Shown one piece after another: positions 19,036 to 27,863 of a stretch of DNA of 64,000 bases. Each line of letters begins with the position of its first letter. Positions within the stretch are counted from its first letter, which is position 1. Source of the DNA: an uncultured Verrucomicrobiae bacterium (GTDB lineage: Bacteria; Verrucomicrobiota; Verrucomicrobiia; Chthoniobacterales; Chthoniobacteraceae); NCBI GenBank assembly GCA_963756185.1, contig CAVWMS010000001.1, positions 11,038 to 75,037 on the forward strand. Reading direction: 5' to 3'. A model generated the notes under the pieces. It was not told where the DNA came from and did no database searches. It saw only the letters and a program-made list of their open reading frames with translations. Made by a program: the position numbers and the translations under genes.

Positions 19036-20247
19036 ATGAACATGAGAATACCGCAATTCACCGCTGAACTGGCGCTGTCTTCCCCACGAAACTGGACTAA
19101 AGGGTTCGAAGTCGCCGAGTACGGCCCCAAAAGATCGACCATGCACTATCGCGCCGCTGGCTTTCGGAAGGCAGGGCAAGGCTCGCGGGGGGTCGTGCCG
19201 GCGCAGGACGGATGTGTTACATTGGGTGGGCAGATTTATTGCCCGGTGGTAGTAGGAAACCCGACGGCGTGTCCTCCCGGCACTTTCGGAATACCCCCAA
19301 ATTGCCAGTCCCTGCCCGCTTTTCCGCATTGTCCAATCGGGCAAACGAATTGTAATCCATTTGGAATACTACCTACGATGTGTACGAACCTTCAGACGGA
19401 TTCGAACAATTGCGGAAGCTGTGGAAACCAATGTAAGAACGGCCAGACGTGCCAAGACGGAGCTTGCGCCTGTCCAGGCGGGAAACCCCTCAATAGCTTG
19501 CAGAATTGCGGAACCTGCGGGCGCACCTGCACCGCCCCCTCGGGTGGGACCGCTTCCTGTGCTAACGGAAGCTGTAACTGGGTCTGCAACAGTGGCAGCG
19601 GCTACAGTAACTGCACCGGCCACAGCTGTACGAATACACAATCTGACCGGAACAACTGCGGCTCCTGTGGGTACATCTGTTCACAACACGTACCACAGAA
19701 TTCGACCGCGACGGGATGTACTAACGGACATTGCAACTGGCAGTGCAACAGCGGGTACACGGACCAAAGTGGGAAATGCATTCAAACGTGTCCGCAAGGC
19801 GATACCAGTTGCGGCGGGGCCTGCGTGAATCTTCAAACTGACCGGAACAACTGCGGCTCCTGTGGGTATAACTGTTCACAACACGTCCCGCAGAATTCGA
19901 CCGCGACGGGATGTACAAAGGGGCATTGCAACTGGCAGTGTAACAGCGGCTTTGTGGACCAAAACGGAAAGTGCGTTCGATCGTCAGGAGGCTGCGCTCA
20001 GGGTTACGAGAGCTGCGGAAGCGGTTGTTGTCCTGACGGAACGTGCTGTGACACCGTCTGCATGACATCTTCCGACGATACATGCTGCGGCAATGGGAAT
20101 GTTGCCACCGGGGATCAAATCTGCTGCGGCGGTGCCGGCTGTTCGACTGACGGTTGCTGCCAGACCGAGCTTGGATATACGTGCTGTGATCCCTGGGTGT
20201 GCTGCGGTGACGGCACTTGCGCTCCTGATAGCGATTCATGCGATTAA
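19036..20247 (+). CDS. Cysteine-rich protein with multiple Stig1-like D-x-x-N-C-G-x-C-G-x-x-C repeats. Paralog 1.
   Basis: LQTDSNNCGSCGNQC, TQSDRNNCGSCGYIC and LQTDRNNCGSCGYNC. N-terminal MNMRIPQFTAELAL with no Sec signal. About 17% Cys. Confidence 0.65.
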   Translation: MNMRIPQFTAELALSSPRNWTKGFEVAEYGPKRSTMHYRAAGFRKAGQGSRGVVPAQDGCVTLGGQIYCPVVVGNPTACPPGTFGIPPNCQSLPAFPHCPIGQTNCNPFGILPTMCTNLQTDSNNCGSCGNQCKNGQTCQDGACACPGGKPLNSLQNCGTCGRTCTAPSGGTASCANGSCNWVCNSGSGYSNCTGHSCTNTQSDRNNCGSCGYICSQHVPQNSTATGCTNGHCNWQCNSGYTDQSGKCIQTCPQGDTSCGGACVNLQTDRNNCGSCGYNCSQHVPQNSTATGCTKGHCNWQCNSGFVDQNGKCVRSSGGCAQGYESCGSGCCPDGTCCDTVCMTSSDDTCCGNGNVATGDQICCGGAGCSTDGCCQTELGYTCCDPWVCCGDGTCAPDSDSCD

Positions 20248-20277
20248 CAAAAATAGCTCCTTACTACTCCCGTTGAT

Positions 20278-22098
20278 ATGAAGATGACGGTCCCTGGATT
20301 TTTTGCCGAGTACGGTCTCGAGGGTGCCACCCGCCATTACCTGACGCTTGGCTCGGAGGAAACAGGGGGTCCCGGTTGGGATCTTGCTATGGCGACGAAC
20401 GTCTACCGAACGATGGCCGGCATTTCTGAGGCCGGCAATGTCTACGATCCCACGAGGCCAGCCGTGCGCCGCGATGGTCGTGGTTCGGGCTGCGTCGGCG
20501 GACCACCCTATATGCCATGCCTCAAGCAGGGAAGTCAGCCGGTATGCGCCGATGGGATTTGGGGAGGTGCCGGTGCTCCGCAGGGAACCCTCTGCTGGTC
20601 GCAATATCCGGAGATGGGCTACCAGGGGATTTGCAGTGGTGGCGGCGCGCCCGGAGGGAGAGGCGGCCTACCTCCCTCCCCTGGGTATTGCGACCCGTGC
20701 CCAACGGGGACAACTCTTTGCATCTCCGGAAACACCGGAGTTTGCTGCCCGGGCGTAGCGGAGTGTGAGAGAGGGAACTGCCACTGCCCCAATGGGGAGG
20801 TATTCTGCAACTCACAGTGTGTAGACACCCAGACCGACCCGAGGAACTGCGGGTTCTGCGACAAAGCGTGCCAGGCTGGACAGGTCTGCTGCAGCGGTTC
20901 TTGCACTGACATCAGCAGTGATAGTAACAACTGCGGAGCTTGCGGTAGCACATGTCAGCAGGGGGACGGAACGTGCTGCGGCGGTCGATGCTGTCCGGAG
21001 CGTTACGGGACCTGTTGTAACGGCCAGTGCTGCCCGGACCCCTTCTTTTGCTGCGGTAGTTCCTGCTGTTCCAACGGAGAGCTCGGCGGTGAGCCGCAAG
21101 CCTGCTGCAACGGCAGCTGCCAGCCCCAGGACGAGCAGCACTGCGGTTTTTCCTGCCAATCGTGCACAGGAGGCCAAACCTGCCAGCTTGATCCCTCGCA
21201 GGGCTATCACGGTTATGCATGCCTTTGCTCAAGTGGGGAAACACTCAGCAATGGTCTGTGTTGCCCATCAGGGCAGACAAACTGCAACGGCAATTGCGTA
21301 GCCCCGCCGGGCGCCGGCGCTCTTAGTAGCAACAGCAATTTCATGCTCTCGAACAATTGCGTGAGTATAGCGGGTCCGAATGGCAGTCTGAAAGTATCAT
21401 TGCTGGCTGGAACGGAGGATTTGGTTTCAGAAAATGGATTCTCGTTTCAGCTGAACGGGTTTCCTCCACCGCTGACGCCTACGTCACCGAATGGGTGCCC
21501 TTCCTCTGCTGATTTTTGCTGCATGGCTCCAACTGGAGTTTGCATAATGCAATATATTATCCGAGTTAGTGGGAACAATGTTTCTCCTTGGATTCAATAC
21601 TTTCAAAACAGCGGAGTGGAAAATCCGAACAACGACCCGTTTGCCACGCTGCCTGCCGGGAAGGCGAACACCCTTCCTGCCGGGTGGGCTCTCGAAATCA
21701 CATTGGAAAACGACGAGAATGGGAATGTCGATGGGATAATCCTTAGCGTCATAGACAACACCGGGCACACGGTTGGCTGCGCTGACCAAGGGCAGACAGG
21801 TTCCTGCCAACAAATGCCGATGCCGGTGGATCCCAATTCTGGCCTGCCACTCTTGTTCGCAAATCTAGCTTTTTCGGCAGTCGCGGTCGCTCTCCCGGGG
21901 AGTAGCGAGGCTAAGTTCACGTCTGGGGGCGGATGCATCACCTACGAAGTTTCAGAGGGGCAATTATGTGAGACGCAGGATAATTGCACGAACTTCGATG
22001 CGGGTACAACTGAGCAGTCAAACGCTTCCTACGGTGCCTTGAGCGCCACGTGTGGCTCCTCCTTGAGTCAATCCGTAACCACTTCGGATGCGTCCTAG
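20278..22098 (+). CDS. Cysteine-rich Stig1-like repeat protein with a C-terminal domain shared with the 22395 gene. Paralog 2.
   Basis: TQTDPRNCGFCDKAC and ISSDSNNCGACGSTC. The C-terminal ...GFSFQLNGF...ITYEVSEGQLC...YGALSATCGSSLSQSV aligns with the C-terminus of paralog 3. N-terminal MKMTVPGFFAEYGL. Confidence 0.65.
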   Translation: MKMTVPGFFAEYGLEGATRHYLTLGSEETGGPGWDLAMATNVYRTMAGISEAGNVYDPTRPAVRRDGRGSGCVGGPPYMPCLKQGSQPVCADGIWGGAGAPQGTLCWSQYPEMGYQGICSGGGAPGGRGGLPPSPGYCDPCPTGTTLCISGNTGVCCPGVAECERGNCHCPNGEVFCNSQCVDTQTDPRNCGFCDKACQAGQVCCSGSCTDISSDSNNCGACGSTCQQGDGTCCGGRCCPERYGTCCNGQCCPDPFFCCGSSCCSNGELGGEPQACCNGSCQPQDEQHCGFSCQSCTGGQTCQLDPSQGYHGYACLCSSGETLSNGLCCPSGQTNCNGNCVAPPGAGALSSNSNFMLSNNCVSIAGPNGSLKVSLLAGTEDLVSENGFSFQLNGFPPPLTPTSPNGCPSSADFCCMAPTGVCIMQYIIRVSGNNVSPWIQYFQNSGVENPNNDPFATLPAGKANTLPAGWALEITLENDENGNVDGIILSVIDNTGHTVGCADQGQTGSCQQMPMPVDPNSGLPLLFANLAFSAVAVALPGSSEAKFTSGGGCITYEVSEGQLCETQDNCTNFDAGTTEQSNASYGALSATCGSSLSQSVTTSDAS

Positions 22099-22394
22099 AA
22101 TTCTACAAGCCAGTTTTGGCGTGCCTATGTTGGGCTTCGAAATCGCCCCCTATTGCAGCATTAAAAAAGGAATAAACCGTGTTCAATCCACTTGCTCCCG
22201 TCTGGCGAGACACCGCCATTGGTCACTACACGTATTTTACGAATGGAGAGGAAAATGCCTCCCCTATTTGAAGGATGCCCAATTGCACGAAAACAAAGGT
22301 TACTATGACAATTACCGCGGAGAACAATGAACTGACAAGCGCCCTCCAGTCGGACGCCAAAATCACACACTAAGACGACCATTAGAACAATTAT

Positions 22395-23570
22395 ATGAAC
22401 CTGCCCCAATTTACGGCCGAGTTTGCGCTTTACCGGTCAAAGAATGTCTACCGGGAAAATGGCGCTGCCGCCGAAATGACGGATTGGGACCCGCAAATAC
22501 TACCGGCGGGACCGTCGCAGCATCCTGGTGGCGGTTTTGGTGGCGGTCCTCAGGTCCATTGTGTGGCACCCTATTCACAATGTGGAAATGTCTGCAAGGA
22601 TCTGAGTACGGATGCCGCTAACTGCCATGAGTGCGGCAATGTTTGCGCAGATGATATGTGCTGCATAGGGGGTAGATGCACGACGGTTGACACCAATTAT
22701 GATAGTAATAACTGTGGAGACTGTAATAGCAAATGCCCTTTGATTGCGCCATTTTGCTGTAGCGGTGAATGCCTCACCATCGAAATGGCTGAAAAGTGCC
22801 AGAATTGTGGCACCAATTGCCCGACCGGGTATTACTGCGGTGGCGATGGCTACACATGCATCGCATGCCCGGCGGGACCAGATCCCATACAATCGCCGGG
22901 AAGCAATGTTAATTATATAATGTACAACTCATGCTCGCCCATTGACCAGCTGAGTTATTCTATGTATGTCAATAAGGATCTCGTCTCGGGATCGGGCGGT
23001 TTTTCTCTGCAATTCAATAATTATACAAAGGCGACGGGTTACGAAAATACGGTCATTCAGCTTATTTTCCACGTAAGCGACCAAATTTTGGCCCATATAC
23101 AATATCCGGGAGGCACCCCTGATGGAATTGATCATGATTGGCAGAAGAGCTTTTCAAAAATTACATTGGAGAACGATACGTTGCCCGCTCATTACACATT
23201 GGGGGTTGCTCTCAGTAATGATGGCAACGGGAATATTAATGGAGCTGCCTTTACGGTTGAAGATAATAATGGGAAGAGTTACACAATCTCTGCCCCTGCT
23301 TCTGCCTTTCCTTCCGGGAAGTATCTGTATCCCATTTCCGAATTCCAAGCGAATCTTGTCGGGTATGGCGGGGGCGCGACCGCGAGCTTTTCTCCCGGAG
23401 GAAAGGCAACAATAACTTACTCCTCGGAGGGACAACTATGCGTAGAAGGGGCTAATCCAAATTGTACAGGCAGTGATCTTATAACGGATGAAAAAGCGAA
23501 TACCGGATATGGAGAATTGAGCAGTTGCTGTGGTGGGTCTTTAACGCAGCCGGTATTTATTACTTCTTGA
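22395..23570 (+). CDS. Cysteine-rich Stig1-like repeat protein, paralog 3. Lower GC.
   Basis: MNLPQFTAEFAL N-terminus, LSTDAANCHECGNVC and YDSNNCGDCNSKC. The C-terminal ...GFSLQFNNY...ITYSSEGQLC...YGELSSCCGGSLTQPV is paralogous to the 20278 protein. Confidence 0.65.
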   Translation: MNLPQFTAEFALYRSKNVYRENGAAAEMTDWDPQILPAGPSQHPGGGFGGGPQVHCVAPYSQCGNVCKDLSTDAANCHECGNVCADDMCCIGGRCTTVDTNYDSNNCGDCNSKCPLIAPFCCSGECLTIEMAEKCQNCGTNCPTGYYCGGDGYTCIACPAGPDPIQSPGSNVNYIMYNSCSPIDQLSYSMYVNKDLVSGSGGFSLQFNNYTKATGYENTVIQLIFHVSDQILAHIQYPGGTPDGIDHDWQKSFSKITLENDTLPAHYTLGVALSNDGNGNINGAAFTVEDNNGKSYTISAPASAFPSGKYLYPISEFQANLVGYGGGATASFSPGGKATITYSSEGQLCVEGANPNCTGSDLITDEKANTGYGELSSCCGGSLTQPVFITS

Positions 23571-23709
23571 TTTCAAAACGGAAGATATCGAGGATGTCGT
23601 GAATTCCGGGGGGCAAGGGGGGTTCATGAGAAAGTTGAAGAGTAAGTGCGAGTACACGCTGGCGCGCGGGTGGGCAGACTTCAATTCGAAACGCTTTGGG
23701 AGGGCTGGC

Positions 23710-23949
23710 TTACAGGCGGCGGAAGGGGGTTCGCTCGTTGAGGCTGCCGCAGCGGGGGCAGCGGGCGAGGAGGTCGGTGGAGGGGTCTTCGAATTCGAAG
23801 GAGCAGAGGGCGCAGCGGAGGCGGTGGCGGAAGGCTTGGCGTTCGCGGCGGAGGCGCCCGATGTTCCAGACGATCCAGTTGCCGAAGATGAGGGTGAGGA
23901 AGATGCCTAGATAAACGAAGACCAGGGTTGTGAGGGAGACCTGGATCAT
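23710..23949 (-). CDS. Small membrane protein with a C-terminal zinc-ribbon (CxxC...CxxC).
   Basis: One TM helix (LVFVYLGIFLTLIFGNWIVW) followed by CALCSFEF...CPRCGSL. Overlaps the upstream TonB-like gene stop. Confidence 0.45.
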   Translation of the reverse strand: MIQVSLTTLVFVYLGIFLTLIFGNWIVWNIGRLRRERQAFRHRLRCALCSFEFEDPSTDLLARCPRCGSLNERTPFRRL

Positions 23950-24713
23950 GGAGCCGAGGCTGTGGGTTGGGCGTAGACGGCGGCGCCCCAGTAGAAGGTG
24001 GCGAAGCCCCAGGTCATGGCGGTTGTCGAGGGATGGAAGCGGACTTGCTCGAGGAGGCGGCCGGCGTCGGCGTCGAGGGTTTTGTCGCCGGAGGAATCCT
24101 GGAGGAAGACGAATTGGACTTCGCCCTGGGCGGAGACGCCGAGGAGGTAGCGGGCGGGTTGGATTTGGACGTCGCCGACGTCTTCCTGGCGCAGGGCGTC
24201 AAGCGAGGGCGTGGAGTCGATGGGGGCGCTCTCAAGGGGGCCGGTGAAGCTGAGGACTGTTGAGACGGGTGGGGCGGGGGAAGCGGCGGGTGTGGGATGG
24301 GCGGCGGCCATTTGGACGAGGTCGAGGCCGCTGACGCCGGCTGGGTACGGGACGGGCTGTTCGGTGACGGCGGGAATGACCGGTTTGGCGTGGACGGTGG
24401 AGTAGGAGGGATTGTAGGGCAGGCTCATGAGGCCCGGGGACGGGTATGCCTTGGTGGGCTGGGCGGCGCGGGCGGGGTCCTCGGAATCGATCCAGCGGAG
24501 GATGGCGTCGGCCTCTGGTGTGCCGGGAGTGATCAGGCCGACCTGGACGGGGGGCGGGCCGACGTGCGCGGCGGGTGGATAGATGGTTTGAAAGATGTAA
24601 AAGCCGAAGGCGTGGACGCAGGCGGAGAGGAGGATGAAACCGAGCAGCGCCCAGGGAATGCGACCGGCATCACGCCCGGGAAAGACGAGGTTCGCCTCGG
24701 CTTGCGGGCTCAT
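23946..24713 (-). CDS. TonB-like energy-transducer (N-terminal TM anchor, Pro-rich spacer, C-terminal domain).
   Basis: The TM helix is LLGFILLSACVHAFGFYIF and the Pro-rich segment is PPVQ...PAASPAPPV. It is directly downstream of exbD with a 4-nt overlap. Confidence 0.5.
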   Translation of the reverse strand: MSPQAEANLVFPGRDAGRIPWALLGFILLSACVHAFGFYIFQTIYPPAAHVGPPPVQVGLITPGTPEADAILRWIDSEDPARAAQPTKAYPSPGLMSLPYNPSYSTVHAKPVIPAVTEQPVPYPAGVSGLDLVQMAAAHPTPAASPAPPVSTVLSFTGPLESAPIDSTPSLDALRQEDVGDVQIQPARYLLGVSAQGEVQFVFLQDSSGDKTLDADAGRLLEQVRFHPSTTAMTWGFATFYWGAAVYAQPTASAP

Positions 24714-25114
24714 GACCGCTCCGGGGCGGTGGCGAGGACGACGGGCAGGCCGGCGCGCAGCCCTTCGTCCACGACGCGCATGACGAGGGCGTAAGGGGTG
24801 GAGCTGTCTGCGCGGACGATGAGGGTGTGATCTTTCAGGTCAGGCGAAGAGAGAGCCTGGCCGATTTGATCGAGCTCCCAGCGGCGGTCGCGGAAGAAGA
24901 TGGCCGGGGCGGAGCCGCCGGTGATGGTGAGGATCTGGGGATTTTTCTGCGGGCCGAGAGTCCAGGAGGAAAAAGGGAGGGTAATGGCGATGCCGGGCTG
25001 GAGCAGGAAGCGGGAGCTGACGGAAAAGAAGAGGACGACCAGGAACAGGACGTTGATGATCGGGATGAGGCCAAAGAGCGCCGGATGAAATTTGACGGTC
25101 CGGGTGAGATTCAT
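24710..25114 (-). CDS. exbD: ExbD/TolR family biopolymer transport protein.
   Basis: About 134 aa, with a single TM helix (PIINVLFLVVLFF) and a periplasmic domain ...HTLIVRADSSTPYALVMRVVD. Confidence 0.75.
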   Translation of the reverse strand: MNLTRTVKFHPALFGLIPIINVLFLVVLFFSVSSRFLLQPGIAITLPFSSWTLGPQKNPQILTITGGSAPAIFFRDRRWELDQIGQALSSPDLKDHTLIVRADSSTPYALVMRVVDEGLRAGLPVVLATAPERS

Positions 25115-25159
25115 CTTTCGGACATGGGCCGCGGGCTCGGGCGGTTACGGAGAGCTTGT

Positions 25160-25840
25160 TTACTCGGCGGTGCGGGCGCGGCGTGGCGACTTGAAATCGA
25201 TGATCTGGGCGGCGGCGTCCTCGGGGTCGCGAGCGCCGGTGATGAGGCTGACGACTTCGATGCCGCCGCGCTCCATGTCGCGCATGAGGGTATTGACGCG
25301 GGAGGAGAGATAGCTGTAGGCGGCGAAGGAGGGGATGGCGACGACGAGGCCGGCGGCGGTGGTGAGGAGGCTCTGGTAGATGCCGCCGGAGAGATCGGTG
25401 GTGCTGGCGAGGCCGCTGTGGCTGGAGATGGTGACGAAGGTTTCGATGAGGCCGGTGACGGTGCCGAGGAGGCCGATGAGGGGGGCGATGAGGGCGATGG
25501 TGCCGAGGAGGCCGAGGTTGCGTTCGAGGTTGGCCATTTCGAGCTGGCCGGCTTCCTGGACGATTTCCTTGAGTTCATCGCGCGGGGCCTCGTGGCGGAT
25601 GATGGCGGCGTGGATGACGCGTGCGACAGGTCCCGGCGTACCTGCGCATTCATGCAGAGCCTCGGCGAAATTGCGGCGCTGAATGAGGTTGGCGAGGCCG
25701 CGGAGGAATTCTCCGACGCGAATGCTTGCCCGGTAGTAATAAGTGACGCGCTCGGCAAAAATGGCCGCGGCGATCACGCTGCAGACGAGGATGAGCCACA
25801 TGAGCGGCCCACCTTTTTGCATGTAGTCCAGCATGGAGGG
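25160..25840 (-). CDS. exbB: MotA/TolQ/ExbB proton-channel protein.
   Basis: LMWLILVCSVIAAAIFAERV..., ...LGTIALIAPLIGLLGTVTGLI... Start at MLDYMQKGG. The upstream (NL)n segment comes from the hexamer repeat and is noncoding. Confidence 0.75.
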   Translation of the reverse strand, partial: PSMLDYMQKGGPLMWLILVCSVIAAAIFAERVTYYYRASIRVGEFLRGLANLIQRRNFAEALHECAGTPGPVARVIHAAIIRHEAPRDELKEIVQEAGQLEMANLERNLGLLGTIALIAPLIGLLGTVTGLIETFVTISSHSGLASTTDLSGGIYQSLLTTAAGLVVAIPSFAAYSYLSSRVNTLMRDMERGGIEVVSLITGARDPEDAAAQIIDFKSPRRARTAE

Positions 25841-25912
25841 GAGGTTATAGGGCAAGTCGGGGGGGAAGCAAGGGGGAAGGCAGCCCTGATTTCGGGGGCT
25901 AGGGGAGGCTGA

Positions 25913-25960
25913 GTTCAGGTTCAGGTTTAAGTTCAAGTTCAAGTTCAGGTTCAGGTTCAA
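25913..25960. repeat. Tandem hexamer (GTTCAR)x8 flanked by about 34-bp direct repeats (AAGGGGGAAGGC..CCCTGATTTYGGGGGCTAGG), lying within the operon between the Pro-rich gene and exbB.
   Basis: The sequence is gttcag gttcag gtttaa gttcaa gttcaa gttcag gttcag gttcaa. The direct-repeat copies are at 25870..25903 and 25959..25994. Confidence 0.8.
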
Positions 25961-25989
25961 GGGGGAAGGCGACCCCCTGATTTTGGGGG

Positions 25990-27780
25990 CTAGGCGACGG
26001 TCGAGAGGTCGTCGGCGGCGGCGATTAGGGCGTCGTGGGCGACCGATCCGAGGAGGCGGTCGTAATGGAGGGCGACGACGAAGTGGGTGTCGCGGACGAC
26101 CGTGGTGGCGTGAAACTGGTCGCAGTCGATGGTGACGATGCGGTTCCAGCCGAGGCGCTGGCCGCTCTCCTTTGCGTGATCGACAAAGGAGCCGATGAAA
26201 TCGCGCAGGGCATCGAGGTCGGGCTTGCGGGGAAAATCGGCGCTTGCGAAGACGGCGCCTTTGACGAAGGCGGCGGCGGCGAAAATGCCGGGCTGATTGG
26301 CGAGGAAATCGGCGGTGCGCCTGGCCTCGGGCATGGAGGCAGTGTCGGCGGAGGAATCGGGTTCGGATGGATTTTCGGCGAGCGCGGGTTCAGGGCGCAG
26401 AAGAATGGGAGGAGGGACCTGGAAGCCGTGCATCCATGGGACGCGCTGAAGCGGGGGCGGTTCGGGTGTGGGCTGGGGCTCAGGCTCGGAAAATTGCGCG
26501 GCAGGCGGTTCCGGTTTTTGGGCGGCGGAAGGTTCGGGCGCGGGCTCCGGAGCTGCTTGCGCGGTGGGGGGTTCGGGTGCGGACTCGGTGTTGGCTTCGG
26601 CGGCTGGAGGCTCTGGTTCGGGGGTGTTGGGATCGGCCGGTGGTGTTTGGGCTGCTTCAGGGGTCGCTTCGGATGGTTTGGGCTCGTCGACTTTTTTGGG
26701 AGTGGGCTCGGAGGTTGGAGGCTCGATGATGGTGGTGGTGGAGTCGCCGAAGGGCGGCATGTAAAATGGATGATCGAGCGGGAGGCTTTGGAAAATCTCG
26801 TCGAGCGGAATCCAGACGCGGGCGTGTGGAAGCGGGTTGAGCATCGGGCGCAAATCCTCGGGCAGCGCCTTGATGAAATCGTTGATGGGGATTTCGACGT
26901 GGCCCTCGGCGAGCTGGGTTTCGATGGCGGCGAGCGGGAAAGCCGCGAGCGCGGCTTTTGAAGGAAGCGGACCCGGACGGAGGATCTTGGTTGGGAGCAG
27001 GCGGAAAATGGGAAGGAGGCGCAGGGAGATGGTCGGGGTGGGTTGGGCTGCCGGTTCGGGCGTGGTGGTTTCGGGAGGAGGGGTTGGCGCGTCGGCGGCC
27101 GGTTGCGGAGAAGGGGGTTCGACGTTGGCAGGAGGTTCGATTTTCGCGGACGCTCCTTCCTTTGGCGGTGTGACAGGTTCTTTTTCTTCGGCGATTGGTT
27201 TTTCGGGCGGCTTCGGCTCATCGGAGCGGCCGAAGAGGCCGAGGACGGAGGAGATCGCCTTGGAGATCAACGGTTGCGCGGTGGAATCGGCGGGATCCTT
27301 GCGGGCGGGCTCGGGCTCGATTGGAGCGGCGGGTGCGGGCGGCGGATTGACGACCCGTGTGGTTGCGGCCTCGATGATGACGCTGGCCTTCGCGCGAGCC
27401 CTGGCGGCATGTTCGAACGGGACGCCGTTGGGTGCGGGGGCCTTGCGCGCAACGAGGCCGACTTGCTCGAGTAATTTTTGAAGGGGAAGCTGGACTTCGC
27501 GTTCATCGGGCGAGGCCGACTCGGGCCGGAAGACGCCGGGGCATGCGGCAGTGAGCCGATCAAGTGGGACCGTGACGCGCCCACGGGCGATTTTTACCGC
27601 CAACTCGTCCACGACGAAACGGACCTGGGAGGAGTTGTCGTGAGGGCCCGGCTTGATGAGGTGCGAGGGCACTCGCGGCAGAATGTCGCCGAGCCGAAGG
27701 ACGATCTCCTGAGCCTCGTTTTGCGGCTCGGGCTTGGTTTCGAGATCGCTGGGGGCGCTCATTGGGCGTGATGGTAGCAA
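25990..27780 (-). CDS. Proline-rich protein with an internally duplicated N-terminal module and a C-terminal roadblock/LC7-like domain.
   Basis: The duplicated module appears as ILPRVPSHLIKPGPHD...VTVPLDRL... and again as LLPTKILRPGPLPS...VEIPINDF... Many PEPxP-type repeats. The C-terminus ...FHATTVVRDTHFVVALHYDRLLGSVAHDALIAAADDL resembles an MglB/roadblock fold. Confidence 0.55.
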   Translation of the reverse strand: MLPSRPMSAPSDLETKPEPQNEAQEIVLRLGDILPRVPSHLIKPGPHDNSSQVRFVVDELAVKIARGRVTVPLDRLTAACPGVFRPESASPDEREVQLPLQKLLEQVGLVARKAPAPNGVPFEHAARARAKASVIIEAATTRVVNPPPAPAAPIEPEPARKDPADSTAQPLISKAISSVLGLFGRSDEPKPPEKPIAEEKEPVTPPKEGASAKIEPPANVEPPSPQPAADAPTPPPETTTPEPAAQPTPTISLRLLPIFRLLPTKILRPGPLPSKAALAAFPLAAIETQLAEGHVEIPINDFIKALPEDLRPMLNPLPHARVWIPLDEIFQSLPLDHPFYMPPFGDSTTTIIEPPTSEPTPKKVDEPKPSEATPEAAQTPPADPNTPEPEPPAAEANTESAPEPPTAQAAPEPAPEPSAAQKPEPPAAQFSEPEPQPTPEPPPLQRVPWMHGFQVPPPILLRPEPALAENPSEPDSSADTASMPEARRTADFLANQPGIFAAAAFVKGAVFASADFPRKPDLDALRDFIGSFVDHAKESGQRLGWNRIVTIDCDQFHATTVVRDTHFVVALHYDRLLGSVAHDALIAAADDLSTVA

Positions 27781-27863
27781 AAGCAGCGGCGCTTGACACT
27801 ACTGATTAGCGGCCTGCCGATTTAGCCTGAAAGTTTCACGCGCCGGCGCGAAAAAAATCCGGG

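Noticed and set aside
19036-19080. PQFTAELAL N-terminus as a type IV prepilin (class III) signal.
   Set aside because: There is Gln rather than Gly at position -1, Glu at +4 rather than +5, and no hydrophobic helix follows. It is not a pilin leader.
23599-23910. 103-aa plus-strand ORF and other small ORFs between the third cysteine-rich gene and the Zn-ribbon gene.
   Set aside because: They are Ala/Gly/Glu-rich low-complexity ORFs overlapping the better-supported minus-strand Zn-ribbon membrane ORF. I treated the region as intergenic or the minus-strand gene.
25841-25960. MNLNLNLNLNLN... extended N-terminus of ExbB.
   Set aside because: It is a translation of the (GTTCAR)n repeat. The conserved ExbB N-terminus begins at MLDYMQKGGPLMW, so the repeat is intergenic.
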